From Actinomycetota bacterium (GTDB taxonomy: Bacteria > Actinomycetota > UBA4738 > HRBIN12): a stretch of 64,000 nt of DNA. The stretch covers positions 13,993 to 77,992 of the forward strand of contig DATAPH010000060.1 in NCBI GenBank assembly GCA_036265325.1, written 5' to 3'. A program made the position numbers and the translations under genes. The notes beneath the pieces were generated by a model. It had not been told where the DNA came from, searched no databases, and saw only the letters and a program-made list of their open reading frames with translations. This document shows, piece after piece, positions 1 through 8,643 of this stretch. The first letter of the stretch is position 1. Each line of letters begins with the position of its first letter.

Positions 1-520
1 GGTCGGACCGGACGAGGGGATGACCGTGCTCGTCCTCGGTGCGACCGGCGGCGTCGGCGCGTTCGCCGTGCAGCTCGCGACGATCCGCGGCGCGCGCGTG
101 ATCGCCTCGGTCCGCCCGGGCGACGAGCGGTTCGTGACCGACCTGGGCGCCGCCGAAACCATCGACTACACGGGCGATGTCTCGACCGAGATCCGGCACC
201 GGTATCCGGAGGGCGTCGATGCGGTCGTCGATGCTGTCAGCTACGGCGACGAGGCGTTCGCCATGGTCGCCGGCCTGATACGCGAAGCTGGGATCCTCGT
301 GTCGACCCGCGGTTCCGCCGGAGAGGCAACCGAGATCGGGAGCGTTCGCGTCGCGAACGGAAACGCGAACCCGGGGAATCTGCTTCCGCTCGCAGATCTG
401 GTCATCACCGAGAAGCTCACGGTTCCGGTTCGCAAGACCTATCCGCTCGCGGATGCAGCGCAAGGGATCGCAGACTTCGCCGAGCGGCACACGGTGGGCA
501 AGCTCGTCATCACGATGTGA
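1..520 (+). CDS. zinc-binding dehydrogenase / quinone oxidoreductase (MDR superfamily), C-terminal part; 5' end outside window
   Basis: ORF 20..520 stays open in-frame back to position 2. VLGATGGVGAFAVQLA is a GxGxxG-type NAD(P)-binding motif typical of the MDR cofactor domain. Confidence 0.75.
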   Translation, partial: VGPDEGMTVLVLGATGGVGAFAVQLATIRGARVIASVRPGDERFVTDLGAAETIDYTGDVSTEIRHRYPEGVDAVVDAVSYGDEAFAMVAGLIREAGILVSTRGSAGEATEIGSVRVANGNANPGNLLPLADLVITEKLTVPVRKTYPLADAAQGIADFAERHTVGKLVITM

Positions 521-2522
521 GGCGTGACGCTTCGGCGTCGACCGAGATGCGCCAGGTCGACGTCGTCGCCCATTCGGTGAGCGACTCCGCGGACATCGGC
601 TTGGCGATGAAGAACCCCTGCACGATGTCGCAGCCGACCTCGCGGAGGAACGTCAGCGACGACTCGTCCTCGACGCCTTCGGCGACGATCGACAGGCCGA
701 GGTTGTGCCCGAGCCCGACGGTCGACCGCACGATCTCGCCGTCCGACGAGCTCTCGGCGAGGCCGAGGACGAACGAACGATCGATCTTGAGCTCGTTGAC
801 CGGTAGGCGTTGCAGGTAGGCGAGCGAGGAGTAGCCGGTGCCGAAGTCGTCGACCGACAGCCCGACGCCGACGGCGGCGAGCTCTCCCAGCGTGGCGAGT
901 GCACGCTCGGGCTGGTCCATGACCGACCCCTCCGTGATCTCGAGGCGCAGGCGGTCGGCGGGCACGCCGTGTCGCTCCAGCGCGTCTGCAACGGCGGCGG
1001 CGAGGCCCGCCCGCTGCAGGTCGCGAACCGAGAGGTTGACCGAGACCGTCAGGTCCAGACCTGCGCCCTGCCACGTGTGCGCCTGGCCGGCGGCCGCTTC
1101 GAGCACGTAGGTCGTGATCCTGCCGATCAGGCCGCTGTGCTCGGCGAGCGGGATGAATACGTCGGGGCCGATCGCACCCTGCGTCGGGTGGGTCCATCGC
1201 AGCAGCGCCTCGACACCGACGATCGCGCTCCGCGAGAGGTCGATCATCGGCTGGTACGCGACCGTCAGTGTTCCGTCGTCGATCGCCTTGCGGAGGTCGG
1301 CGACCAGCGCGAGTCGGTCGGTCGAGTACGTGTCCTGTGCCGGCGAGTACGACTCGAACGGCGCGCGCGCGGCCTTGGCTACGTACATCGCGACCTCCGC
1401 CCGCCGCATCAGCTGATCGGGGTCGTCGCCATGGTCCGGATACGTCGCGATCCCGATGCTTCCGCCGAGCGCGATGTCGATCCCGTCCAGCGCGAACGGG
1501 GCATCGAGGGCATCGGTAAGCTTGCGGGCGACGTCCTCGGCCTCGACCGGAGAACCGAGTCCCGCGAGCGCGATGCCGAACTCGTCGCCGCCGAGCCTCG
1601 CGACGGTGTCGCTCGCACGCAGGACACCTTGCAGCCGCGGCCCGACCTGACGCAGCAGCTCGTCGCCGCGTTCATGCCCGAGCGTGTCGTTCACGTCTTT
1701 GAAGTGGTGGAGGTCGAGGAGCAGCACCGCGACGCCGGTGCCCTCGCGCGCCGAGGTGGCGATCGTCTGCGATACGCGGTCGAAGAAGAGCAGCCGGTTC
1801 GGCAGTTCGGTCAGGTGGTCGAACATCGCGAGGCGCCGGTTCTCGTCGGCACGCCGCTCGAGCTCGTCGCGGTCGCGCCTGATCCGCCGCGAGGCGTCGA
1901 CCACGATACGGAACAGGACCGCCCATAGAAGCACGAGCCCGCCGACGAGTACGAGCAGCAACCGACGCGTGTTCGCCTGGATCTGGGCCGCGATCGGCGT
2001 CCACGGCACGTAGATCTCGAACGCGACGTGCTCGGTGCCGAACTGTACGGGCACGTAGACCTCGAGCAGCTCTCCGAACTGTCGCTCGTCGACGTTCTCT
2101 GCCTTGTCGACATGGCTGACATCGGCGCTCAGTTCGCCGTCGAGGGCCTCCTGGAGGTCGTCCTCGACTGGGAACGACTGGCCGATCAGCTCATGCTGGT
2201 CCGAATAGAGCACCTCGCCGCTCGGCGACCACAGCTTGATCCGGACGAGCTGCCCGTCGACGAGCCCCGCCTGGAACGCTTGGTCGAGCTCGTGGACCGT
2301 CTGATCGCGCAGACCGGTGTTCATGTCGGAGCGCTCGATATGCGGCTGGAGCCCGACCTGCACGAGGAGCTGGGCCGACGCCGCCGCGTCGCTCTGGGCG
2401 GTCGAGCGCTCGTGGGCAGCCTCGACCTGGGCGAGGGCGAGCCCAAGCAACGCGACGGCAGCCGCGCTCAGGAGGGCGAACGTGCCCACGAACCCGGGCC
2501 GGGGAACCCGGAGGCGTCCCAT
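510..2522 (-). CDS. membrane-anchored sensor diguanylate cyclase/phosphodiesterase (periplasmic sensor-TM-GGDEF-EAL)
   Basis: RLGGDEFGIALAG (GGDEF) and EALLRW..QP (EAL) motifs are present, with hydrophobic segments flanking an about 200-aa extracytoplasmic region. Trimmed to the ATG of MGRLRVPRP; the Arg/Ser-rich 108-aa extension in the track looks non-native. Confidence 0.85.
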   Translation of the reverse strand: MGRLRVPRPGFVGTFALLSAAAVALLGLALAQVEAAHERSTAQSDAAASAQLLVQVGLQPHIERSDMNTGLRDQTVHELDQAFQAGLVDGQLVRIKLWSPSGEVLYSDQHELIGQSFPVEDDLQEALDGELSADVSHVDKAENVDERQFGELLEVYVPVQFGTEHVAFEIYVPWTPIAAQIQANTRRLLLVLVGGLVLLWAVLFRIVVDASRRIRRDRDELERRADENRRLAMFDHLTELPNRLLFFDRVSQTIATSAREGTGVAVLLLDLHHFKDVNDTLGHERGDELLRQVGPRLQGVLRASDTVARLGGDEFGIALAGLGSPVEAEDVARKLTDALDAPFALDGIDIALGGSIGIATYPDHGDDPDQLMRRAEVAMYVAKAARAPFESYSPAQDTYSTDRLALVADLRKAIDDGTLTVAYQPMIDLSRSAIVGVEALLRWTHPTQGAIGPDVFIPLAEHSGLIGRITTYVLEAAAGQAHTWQGAGLDLTVSVNLSVRDLQRAGLAAAVADALERHGVPADRLRLEITEGSVMDQPERALATLGELAAVGVGLSVDDFGTGYSSLAYLQRLPVNELKIDRSFVLGLAESSSDGEIVRSTVGLGHNLGLSIVAEGVEDESSLTFLREVGCDIVQGFFIAKPMSAESLTEWATTSTWRISVDAEASRLTS

Positions 2523-2601
2523 GACCTTGGACGTATCGCCCGGTGCAAGGGGGTGCTTGAAGCGGTAACGAAGCGTAGAAAGGCGGAGCTCCGGCGCGTG
2601 T

Positions 2602-3747
2602 CTACGCCGCCGGCACCTTCTTCTGCGGATCAATGAATGGGATCGCGGCCGTCGTTCCCGTGCGCGAGCCGTCGTCGGTCTCGACATCGAGTCGGTTCCC
2701 CGGCTCGGCGAGACCGATCGGCACCCAGACGTACCCGATGTTCTTTTCCAGACGTGGAGAGTACGTCGCGTCGGTGACATGGCCGACGTGCTCGCCCCCC
2801 GAGAACGCCGGCCAGTGCTGCGTCGGCTGCTCGACCCGGGGACCATCGATCTCGATGCCGACGAGCTTCCGTGAGACGCCCTCGCGCCGGATCCGTTCGA
2901 GCGCCTCCTTGCCGATGTAGTCGGCGTCTTGCTGCTCGACCAATCGCTCGAGGCCGGTGACCTCGAACGGATTCGTCTCGAGCCCGAAGTCCGAGCCCCA
3001 GTCGAAGATGCCGGCTTCGATCCGGCGTGCGTCGGACGACGGCGTCACGCGGATGTTGTACGGCTTGCCGGCGTCGAGGATCCGTTCCCAGAGGTCGTCG
3101 CCCTTGCTCGGATCGCGCAGGTAGATCTCGTAGCCGACCACAGCCGTCCAGCCCGTGCGGCTGATGACGACGGGGATGCCGTCGAGGTCGGACTCGTCGC
3201 ACCAGTAGTACTTCATGTCGAGGACCCAGTCGCCGAAGAGGTCGCGCATGACGTCCTTCGCCTTCGGGCCCTGTACCTGGACCGGATAGACATCGGGATG
3301 ACCGACGTCGACGTCCATCCCGGAATTGACCGCGACGCCCATGGCGTACAGGCCGGCGTCCGAGTCGGCGAGCGCGAGCCACCACCGGTTCTCCTCGACG
3401 CGCAGCAGGACGGGGTCGTTCACGATGCCGCCGTCCTGCGCCGTGACGAGCATGTACTTGCCCTGCTTGACCGCGCACGTGGTGAGGTCGCGACAGGTCA
3501 GGAGGTTGGTGAAGGCGGTCGCGTCCGGGCCGGTGATCTCGACGATCCGTTCGACGCTCACGTCCCAGAGCGTGACGTCGTTGATGAGCGACCAGTACTC
3601 CTCCAGTGGATCGCCGTAGGTGTTGGGGTGGTACATGTGCTGATAGACGTCGTAGGCGGAGCATCCCGCGCGAAGCGTCGCCTCGAAGAACGGCGAGCGC
3701 CGGTACCACGGTCCGAAGTTGAGGGTGGTGCTGCTCGGCTGGGACAC
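2602..3747 (-). CDS. aminomethyltransferase family protein (GcvT/DmdA-like, folate-binding)
   Basis: Similar over its full length to glycine-cleavage T-protein-like enzymes (WYRRSPFFEATLRAG... architecture). GTG start (VSQPSS) is preceded by AGGAGG with 8-nt spacing. Confidence 0.8.
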   Translation of the reverse strand: MSQPSSTTLNFGPWYRRSPFFEATLRAGCSAYDVYQHMYHPNTYGDPLEEYWSLINDVTLWDVSVERIVEITGPDATAFTNLLTCRDLTTCAVKQGKYMLVTAQDGGIVNDPVLLRVEENRWWLALADSDAGLYAMGVAVNSGMDVDVGHPDVYPVQVQGPKAKDVMRDLFGDWVLDMKYYWCDESDLDGIPVVISRTGWTAVVGYEIYLRDPSKGDDLWERILDAGKPYNIRVTPSSDARRIEAGIFDWGSDFGLETNPFEVTGLERLVEQQDADYIGKEALERIRREGVSRKLVGIEIDGPRVEQPTQHWPAFSGGEHVGHVTDATYSPRLEKNIGYVWVPIGLAEPGNRLDVETDDGSRTGTTAAIPFIDPQKKVPAA

Positions 3748-3884
3748 GACAGGTCGACCTCCTGTGTGGGTGGAAGGGTCTCGCGATGCTAGCGGCAGGC
3801 GGGCGCCGGCAGGTATCGCGGCGTCGACCGCTCGGCGTTGTATCGCCTGTTGCGCGGTGGGACATCGAGCGGGCGAGGCGCCAC

Positions 3885-3975
3885 GCAGAGTTGCGTCAAC
3901 CGCTTGACGACCGAAGTGGCGCAATGCGTTGACGCCTGATCGCGGGCGATGAACCGTCAAGACGTTGCGCGACTT
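3885..3975. promoter_or_regulatory. cluster of TTGACG / CGTCAA inverted-repeat motifs upstream of the aminomethyltransferase-like gene
   Basis: Direct reading shows ttgcgtcaaccgcttgacgacc, gcgcaatgcgttgacgcc and ccgtcaagacgttgcgcgac. The core hexamer TTGACG/CGTCAA occurs 5 times within about 90 bp, partly as palindromes. Confidence 0.3.
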
Positions 3976-4010
3976 CGAGCGACAACGTATCGACGCATCT
4001 CTGTGCGAAG

Positions 4011-4056
4011 CCGCCCCCCACTCGCGTTAAGAGGTCGACGCGCGTAGGGGGCGGCT
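4011..4056 (-). terminator. GC-rich hairpin downstream of htrA-like gene (candidate intrinsic terminator)
   Basis: gccgccccc ... gggggcggc is a 9-bp perfect inverted repeat lying 33 nt past the HtrA stop on the transcribed strand. It has no U-tract, which is common in high-GC actinobacteria. Confidence 0.3.
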
Positions 4057-4088
4057 CCAGCCTCCGACCGAGTTCCGAGGAGCTGTCC

Positions 4089-5306
4089 CTAGACCGCCGG
4101 CCCCGAGATCAGCTGGACCGCCGCCGTGTGCTGCCCGGTCTGGTCTACCCACGTGATCTGGGCCGTCTCGCCGGGCACGTGCGCGTGCAGGGGCGGTCCG
4201 AGCGTGTTCGGCGACGTCACCGTGTGGCCGTCTACGCCCGTGATCACCGCGGGCACGGTCATGCCGGCCTGGGCCGCGGGGCCGTTCGGCTCCAAGCCCA
4301 CGACCAGCGCGCCCGACTGCACGCCGAGGTTCGCGGCGGCCGTCGGGTCGGCCTCGATCGCCTTGACGCCGACGCCGAGGTAGCCACGCTCGCCCATCAG
4401 GACGGTTCCGCCACCGCCGGCCTGGATCTGGTTGACCACGTCGAGCGCCGTCGTGATCGGGATCGCGAACCCAACGCTCTGCTGCGACGCCGAGGTTGTC
4501 TGGGTGTCGGTGCCGGCGGTGATCATGCCGATCACCTGACCGTTGGCGTTGATGAGGCCGCCGCCCGAGTCGCCCGGCTGGATGTGCGCGTTGGTCTGGA
4601 TCATGCCGGTGAGCCGCTCCGACGTGCCGTCGGGATCGTTCGCCGTGATGCTCCGGTTGAGACCCGTCACATCGCCGTTCGCGACGCTCGGGCTGCCGCC
4701 ACGGCCGAGCGCGTTGCCGACTCCGGCCACGTTCTCGCCGACCGACACCGACGACGAATCGCCGGGACTGATCGTCGCGAGTCCGGATGCGTTCTGCAGT
4801 TGGATCACCGCGACATCGTGTGCCGGATCCACGCCGACCACCGTCGCCGTGTAGGACGACGCGCCGGGCACCCGGACCTGGATCTTCCATGCGCCCTTCA
4901 CGACGTGGTTGTTGGTCAGCACCTCGCCGTTGGACGTGAGGACCATGCCGGTGCCGGCGCCCATCGGGGTCAGCTGGCTCGTCGGCGCGCCGATCTCCTT
5001 ACCGAACGTCGTGACGTCCACGATGCCGGTCGCGGTGCCCGTCACCGGCGCTCCGGTGTTCGAGCCGTTCGACATCGAGATCGCGGTGACCGCGCCGACG
5101 ACGAGCGTGCCGACGAGCGCGAGCGCGACGAGAAGCGGTACCCACTTGGAGGGCCGCTTCTTCGGTGCGGGCTGATCGGGCCGGGGAGCCCAGCCGACCG
5201 GGGAGGGTGCGGTCGGCTGGTTCCATCCCGGAGGCGCCGGCATGCCATGGAGGGCGCCGGGCCAGTGGTTCTGGGTCTCGTCGGGCGGGTTCATCAGGTC
5301 GGACAC
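4089..5306 (-). CDS. HtrA/DegP-family trypsin-like serine protease with C-terminal PDZ domain, N-terminal membrane anchor
   Basis: HVV...D...GDSGGGL catalytic triad context; one TM segment (LLVALALVGTLVVGAV); PDZ-like C-terminus. Start set at GTG (VSDLMNPP) with GAGGAG 8 nt upstream; an ATG 12 nt further downstream is also possible. Confidence 0.85.
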   Translation of the reverse strand: MSDLMNPPDETQNHWPGALHGMPAPPGWNQPTAPSPVGWAPRPDQPAPKKRPSKWVPLLVALALVGTLVVGAVTAISMSNGSNTGAPVTGTATGIVDVTTFGKEIGAPTSQLTPMGAGTGMVLTSNGEVLTNNHVVKGAWKIQVRVPGASSYTATVVGVDPAHDVAVIQLQNASGLATISPGDSSSVSVGENVAGVGNALGRGGSPSVANGDVTGLNRSITANDPDGTSERLTGMIQTNAHIQPGDSGGGLINANGQVIGMITAGTDTQTTSASQQSVGFAIPITTALDVVNQIQAGGGGTVLMGERGYLGVGVKAIEADPTAAANLGVQSGALVVGLEPNGPAAQAGMTVPAVITGVDGHTVTSPNTLGPPLHAHVPGETAQITWVDQTGQHTAAVQLISGPAV

Positions 5307-5484
5307 GTCATCGGCTCCTCGATCGTTCAACACCACTGATTCGGTTGACGTTCCCCGCAGGCTCGCAGTCACGCCTGGGAGTTCCCTGTGGAAACGGCTC
5401 GAGGTGTGTCGGAACACACCTCATTGACCGGTGGGACACCTCCCGCGTAGCGTCCGACCTGGCATTTTTCGAGGGGAGGACCGC

Positions 5485-5934
5485 ATGGCAGATCCGCCGG
5501 TCTACACCGTCAGTATCGACGCTCCGCCGGACAGGGTGTGGCCGCTCGTCGCCGATCTGAGCCGCCAGGGCGAATGGTCGCCGAAGCCGTACCGCGTCGA
5601 GTGGCAGTCCGGGGCACACAACGCCGTCGGAAGCACGTTCCGGTCGATCGGCTGGCTGCCGCAGGAAAGCGAGCACGTGATGGAGGGCGTGGTCACGGTC
5701 AACGAGCCGATGAAGATCTTCGAAGTGACCACCCACGACGACAAAGAGGAGTGGACCAACACATACGAGCTCACGCCGACGGGCTCCGGGACGACGGTCA
5801 CGAAGACGGTCATCTGGCCGCCGCTGAGCGGCGTCAAGGCGTTCGGACGGTCCGCCGTGTTCGCGGTCTACGTCAACGGCGCGATGCGCAAAGGCCTTTC
5901 GATGTTGAAGCAGAAGGCCGAAGCTGGCGCGTAA
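5485..5934 (+). CDS. SRPBCC (START/Bet v1-like, polyketide cyclase/dehydrase-type) family protein
   Basis: ATG of MADPPVYTV is preceded by GGGGAGGA. Small soluble protein with the pattern of the lipid-binding SRPBCC fold. Confidence 0.7.
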   Translation: MADPPVYTVSIDAPPDRVWPLVADLSRQGEWSPKPYRVEWQSGAHNAVGSTFRSIGWLPQESEHVMEGVVTVNEPMKIFEVTTHDDKEEWTNTYELTPTGSGTTVTKTVIWPPLSGVKAFGRSAVFAVYVNGAMRKGLSMLKQKAEAGA

Positions 5935-6102
5935 CCTCGTACCTATGTCGCGCAACTGTGTCGCGATAGAGATTAGGCCGAGGAACCTTGCGAAACTCGC
6001 CCTTGCGGGTGAGTCTCCTCGCTCGGTCCCTCGGCCCGATCTTATCTCTCGCTCCGACAGCGCTCCGTGAGGCGCGCGAACCGGGTTCAAGAGATGAAAG
6101 GT

Positions 6103-6283
6103 GGTCCCAGGCAACTCCACGACCGGCTTGGTTTCCTCGCGGTACCTCCGCTTTGGGGATTCCCAGATACCCCGCAAGCACAGGCAGTTCGCTTTCCCAC
6201 CCGTACTCACAGGTACTCCGAGTCGCCTTACGGCATCAGCCCTGCTCGGTTCCCTGCTTCGATCTGTTCGGCCGCCTGGGACC
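6103..6283. ncRNA. candidate structured small RNA (about 180 nt) inside a 0.5-kb low-GC non-coding gap; strand undetermined
   Basis: A perfect 10-bp long-range inverted repeat ggtcccaggc (6103-6112) / gcctgggacc (6274-6283) encloses 161 nt. No ORF has consistent coding signal across 5935..6428. GC is about 58% against about 70% for the window. Confidence 0.2.
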
Positions 6284-6428
6284 GATGCGAACGATAGGCG
6301 ACGCATACGACGTCTGCAAATGGCGTTGACCTGCACATATGTCCGATGACCTGCGCATCCTTCGACACCAGAAAGAGTGACAAGACGACGGACGTCATGT
6401 TCGCGCTCGACGTCGGTACGCTCGTCGT

Positions 6429-7025
6429 ATGTGTGCACACGCACGTGCGGACGGGTTCAACGATGCGTATCGCGACACGCCGCCCTGGGACATCTCACGT
6501 CCGCAACCCGGGTTCCGTGCGCTTGCCGAGGACGGCGCGTTGCACGGACGCGTGCTCGATGTCGGATGTGGAACGGGTGAGCACGCGTTGCTCGCCGCGT
6601 CGCTCGGGTTGGATGCGACCGGGATCGACGGCGCGCCGATCGCGATCGAGAAGGCCGAGGCGAAGGCGCGCGAGCGCGGCATCGATGCTCGGTTCCTGGT
6701 CGGCGATGTGCTTGAGCTCGCGCAGACGGGCGAGCAGTGGGACACGGTGCTCGACTGCGGCGTGTTCCACGTGTTCGACGACGACGACCGCCCCGTGTAC
6801 GTCGAGAACCTCGCCGCGGTGATCCCTGCGGGCGGTCGGTACTTCATGCTGTGCTTCAGCGATCGGCAGCCGGGCGCCGCGGGACCGCGCCGCGTGTCGC
6901 AGGACGAGATCCGTTCCTCGTTCGCGGACGGCTGGCGCGTGGACTCGATCGAGGCGTCGGTCATCGAGACGAACTGGCAGGAGCGAAGCGCCCGGGCCTG
7001 GCTCGCGACGATCACCCGCATGTGA
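6429..7025 (+). CDS. class I SAM-dependent methyltransferase
   Basis: VLDVGCGTGEHAL is the glycine-rich SAM-binding motif I; 198 aa. Confidence 0.75.
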   Translation: MCAHARADGFNDAYRDTPPWDISRPQPGFRALAEDGALHGRVLDVGCGTGEHALLAASLGLDATGIDGAPIAIEKAEAKARERGIDARFLVGDVLELAQTGEQWDTVLDCGVFHVFDDDDRPVYVENLAAVIPAGGRYFMLCFSDRQPGAAGPRRVSQDEIRSSFADGWRVDSIEASVIETNWQERSARAWLATITRM

Positions 7026-7131
7026 GCGGCAAGCCGAGAACGACTGCGTACGAGGCGTCTGCAGGGTCTCACGGCGGCGTGTAGGGTTGCCCTCTCGCGC
7101 ACATGCGTCGGTCTGACATCCGGAGGTTGAG

Positions 7132-8634
7132 GTGCTGCAGTCGTCCCGTCTTGCGCCCGCTCGCGTCGGTGCGTGGCTCGCCGTCGCCGTCCTCGTTGTG
7201 GCGGCCCTGGCCGGGGTCGCCGCGCCGGCCCGGGCCGCCTCGGGGCTGACGGCGTTCACGGTCGACAGCGAGGCCGGCGACTCCATCGCCGCAGGGCAGA
7301 GCGTCACCTTCACGTCGTCGAACGCGACGATCACGGCGACCGGCGATGACACGGCGCTGACGATGAACGTGACGGACGGCACGGATCACTTCGCCGCGGA
7401 TCTGGCGGCGCCGACGGGCGGCGCCTTGACGGCCGGGACCTACACGACGACCCGATCCGGCGACGCCTCGAACGCCGGGCTTGATGTGTCCGGCGACGGC
7501 CGCTCGTGCAGTTCTTCAACGGGCACGATGACCGTGCACGAGATCGCGGTGGACGGATCCAACGCGCTCGCGACGCTCGCGGTCACCTACGAGCAGCACT
7601 GCGACGGCGCGACGCCGGCGTTGTTCGGCGAGCTTCGGTTCAACTCGGCGGTCGACTACAAGGCCGTTTCGGCGTCACCGGCGAGCATCGACTTCGGCAC
7701 GCAACCGCGTCACCCGTCGGCGCCTAACCCCATCACGATCACGAACACCGGAAGCACGGCGGTCACGTTCGGCGCCGCGTCGCTCAAGGGAACGGCGCGC
7801 GCCGACTACTCGATCGACTCGGACGACTGCTCCGGAACCTCGCCGGCGCCGACCGAGACGTGCGCGGTCGCGATCGTGTTCGACCCGAGCTCGGGCGCGA
7901 GCCGCCCGGCGCGCGTCGAGCTGCCGGTGGACACGGCGCGCGGCGTGGTCGTCATCCCGCTGACCGGCAAGGGCCAGAAACACACCACGTCCGTCTCGAT
8001 CAAGGTGTCGAACTCGCGCGTCAACTTCAACGGCTCGGTCACGGTCACGGCGCACCTCGAAGATCACCGCAAGGTGCACAACAGGACGCTGTTCATCCTC
8101 GAGAAGCCGTACGGGGGCGCCAGCAAGCCCATCAAGTCCGCGTTGGTCGACCGGCACGGGAACCTCCAGGCCAAGGTGCGGCTGCAGAAGCGGGCCTCGT
8201 TCTCGGCGCAGTTCGGTGGTGACGTCGATTGGAAGGCCGCGACGAGCCGCTCACTGACCGTGCACGTGTTCGCGTCGATCAAGGGTCGGATGATCCGCAA
8301 CTACAGCCGTTCCGGCTCCTACGCGCTGTACCACTACAAGGGCTCGTGCACGACGTCGGCCCACACGCGCTGCCCGGAAGAGGCCGTCAAGGTAAGCCCG
8401 AATCACCAGGGCGACACGATCACCGCCACCCTCCAGGCGTTCACCGCAGGGAAGTGGCACACCATGGCGAGCATCAGCGGTCCGCTGTCGGCCAACAGCA
8501 CCGCGATCGTCATCACGTACTACACCGGGCCGGGCGTGATCGGCGTCAACCTCCGCTCGCACATCCGGTTCAGCGGTGACGACGAGAACCTCGCGCGAAC
8601 GTCGTCGTGGGCGTACTTCCGCGTGACCAAGTAG
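7132..8634 (+). CDS. secreted protein with choice-of-anchor-D/HYDIN-like Ig-fold domain; function unknown
   Basis: GTG start with GGAGG 5 nt upstream. Signal peptide (AWLAVAVLVVAALAGVAAPARAAS). Central segment SIDFGTQP...ITITNTGSTAVTF...CSGTSP...TCAVAIVF matches the beta-sandwich pattern of choice-of-anchor D domains. Confidence 0.7.
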   Translation: MLQSSRLAPARVGAWLAVAVLVVAALAGVAAPARAASGLTAFTVDSEAGDSIAAGQSVTFTSSNATITATGDDTALTMNVTDGTDHFAADLAAPTGGALTAGTYTTTRSGDASNAGLDVSGDGRSCSSSTGTMTVHEIAVDGSNALATLAVTYEQHCDGATPALFGELRFNSAVDYKAVSASPASIDFGTQPRHPSAPNPITITNTGSTAVTFGAASLKGTARADYSIDSDDCSGTSPAPTETCAVAIVFDPSSGASRPARVELPVDTARGVVVIPLTGKGQKHTTSVSIKVSNSRVNFNGSVTVTAHLEDHRKVHNRTLFILEKPYGGASKPIKSALVDRHGNLQAKVRLQKRASFSAQFGGDVDWKAATSRSLTVHVFASIKGRMIRNYSRSGSYALYHYKGSCTTSAHTRCPEEAVKVSPNHQGDTITATLQAFTAGKWHTMASISGPLSANSTAIVITYYTGPGVIGVNLRSHIRFSGDDENLARTSSWAYFRVTK

Positions 8635-8643
8635 CGAGTTTCG

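Noticed and set aside
3748-4010. Glycine, ZTP or cobalamin riboswitch upstream of the GcvT-like gene
   Set aside because: I could not identify the conserved cores of these riboswitch classes by eye on the minus strand. It remains untested without a covariance-model search.
5935-6428. RNase P RNA, tmRNA or SRP RNA in the non-coding gap
   Set aside because: I searched both strands for the GGAAAGUCCGG / AGGGUGAAA / ACAGAACCCGG (RNase P), GGGG...GGUUCGAUUCC...CCA (tmRNA) and domain IV (SRP) signatures and did not find them. I report only a generic candidate structured RNA.
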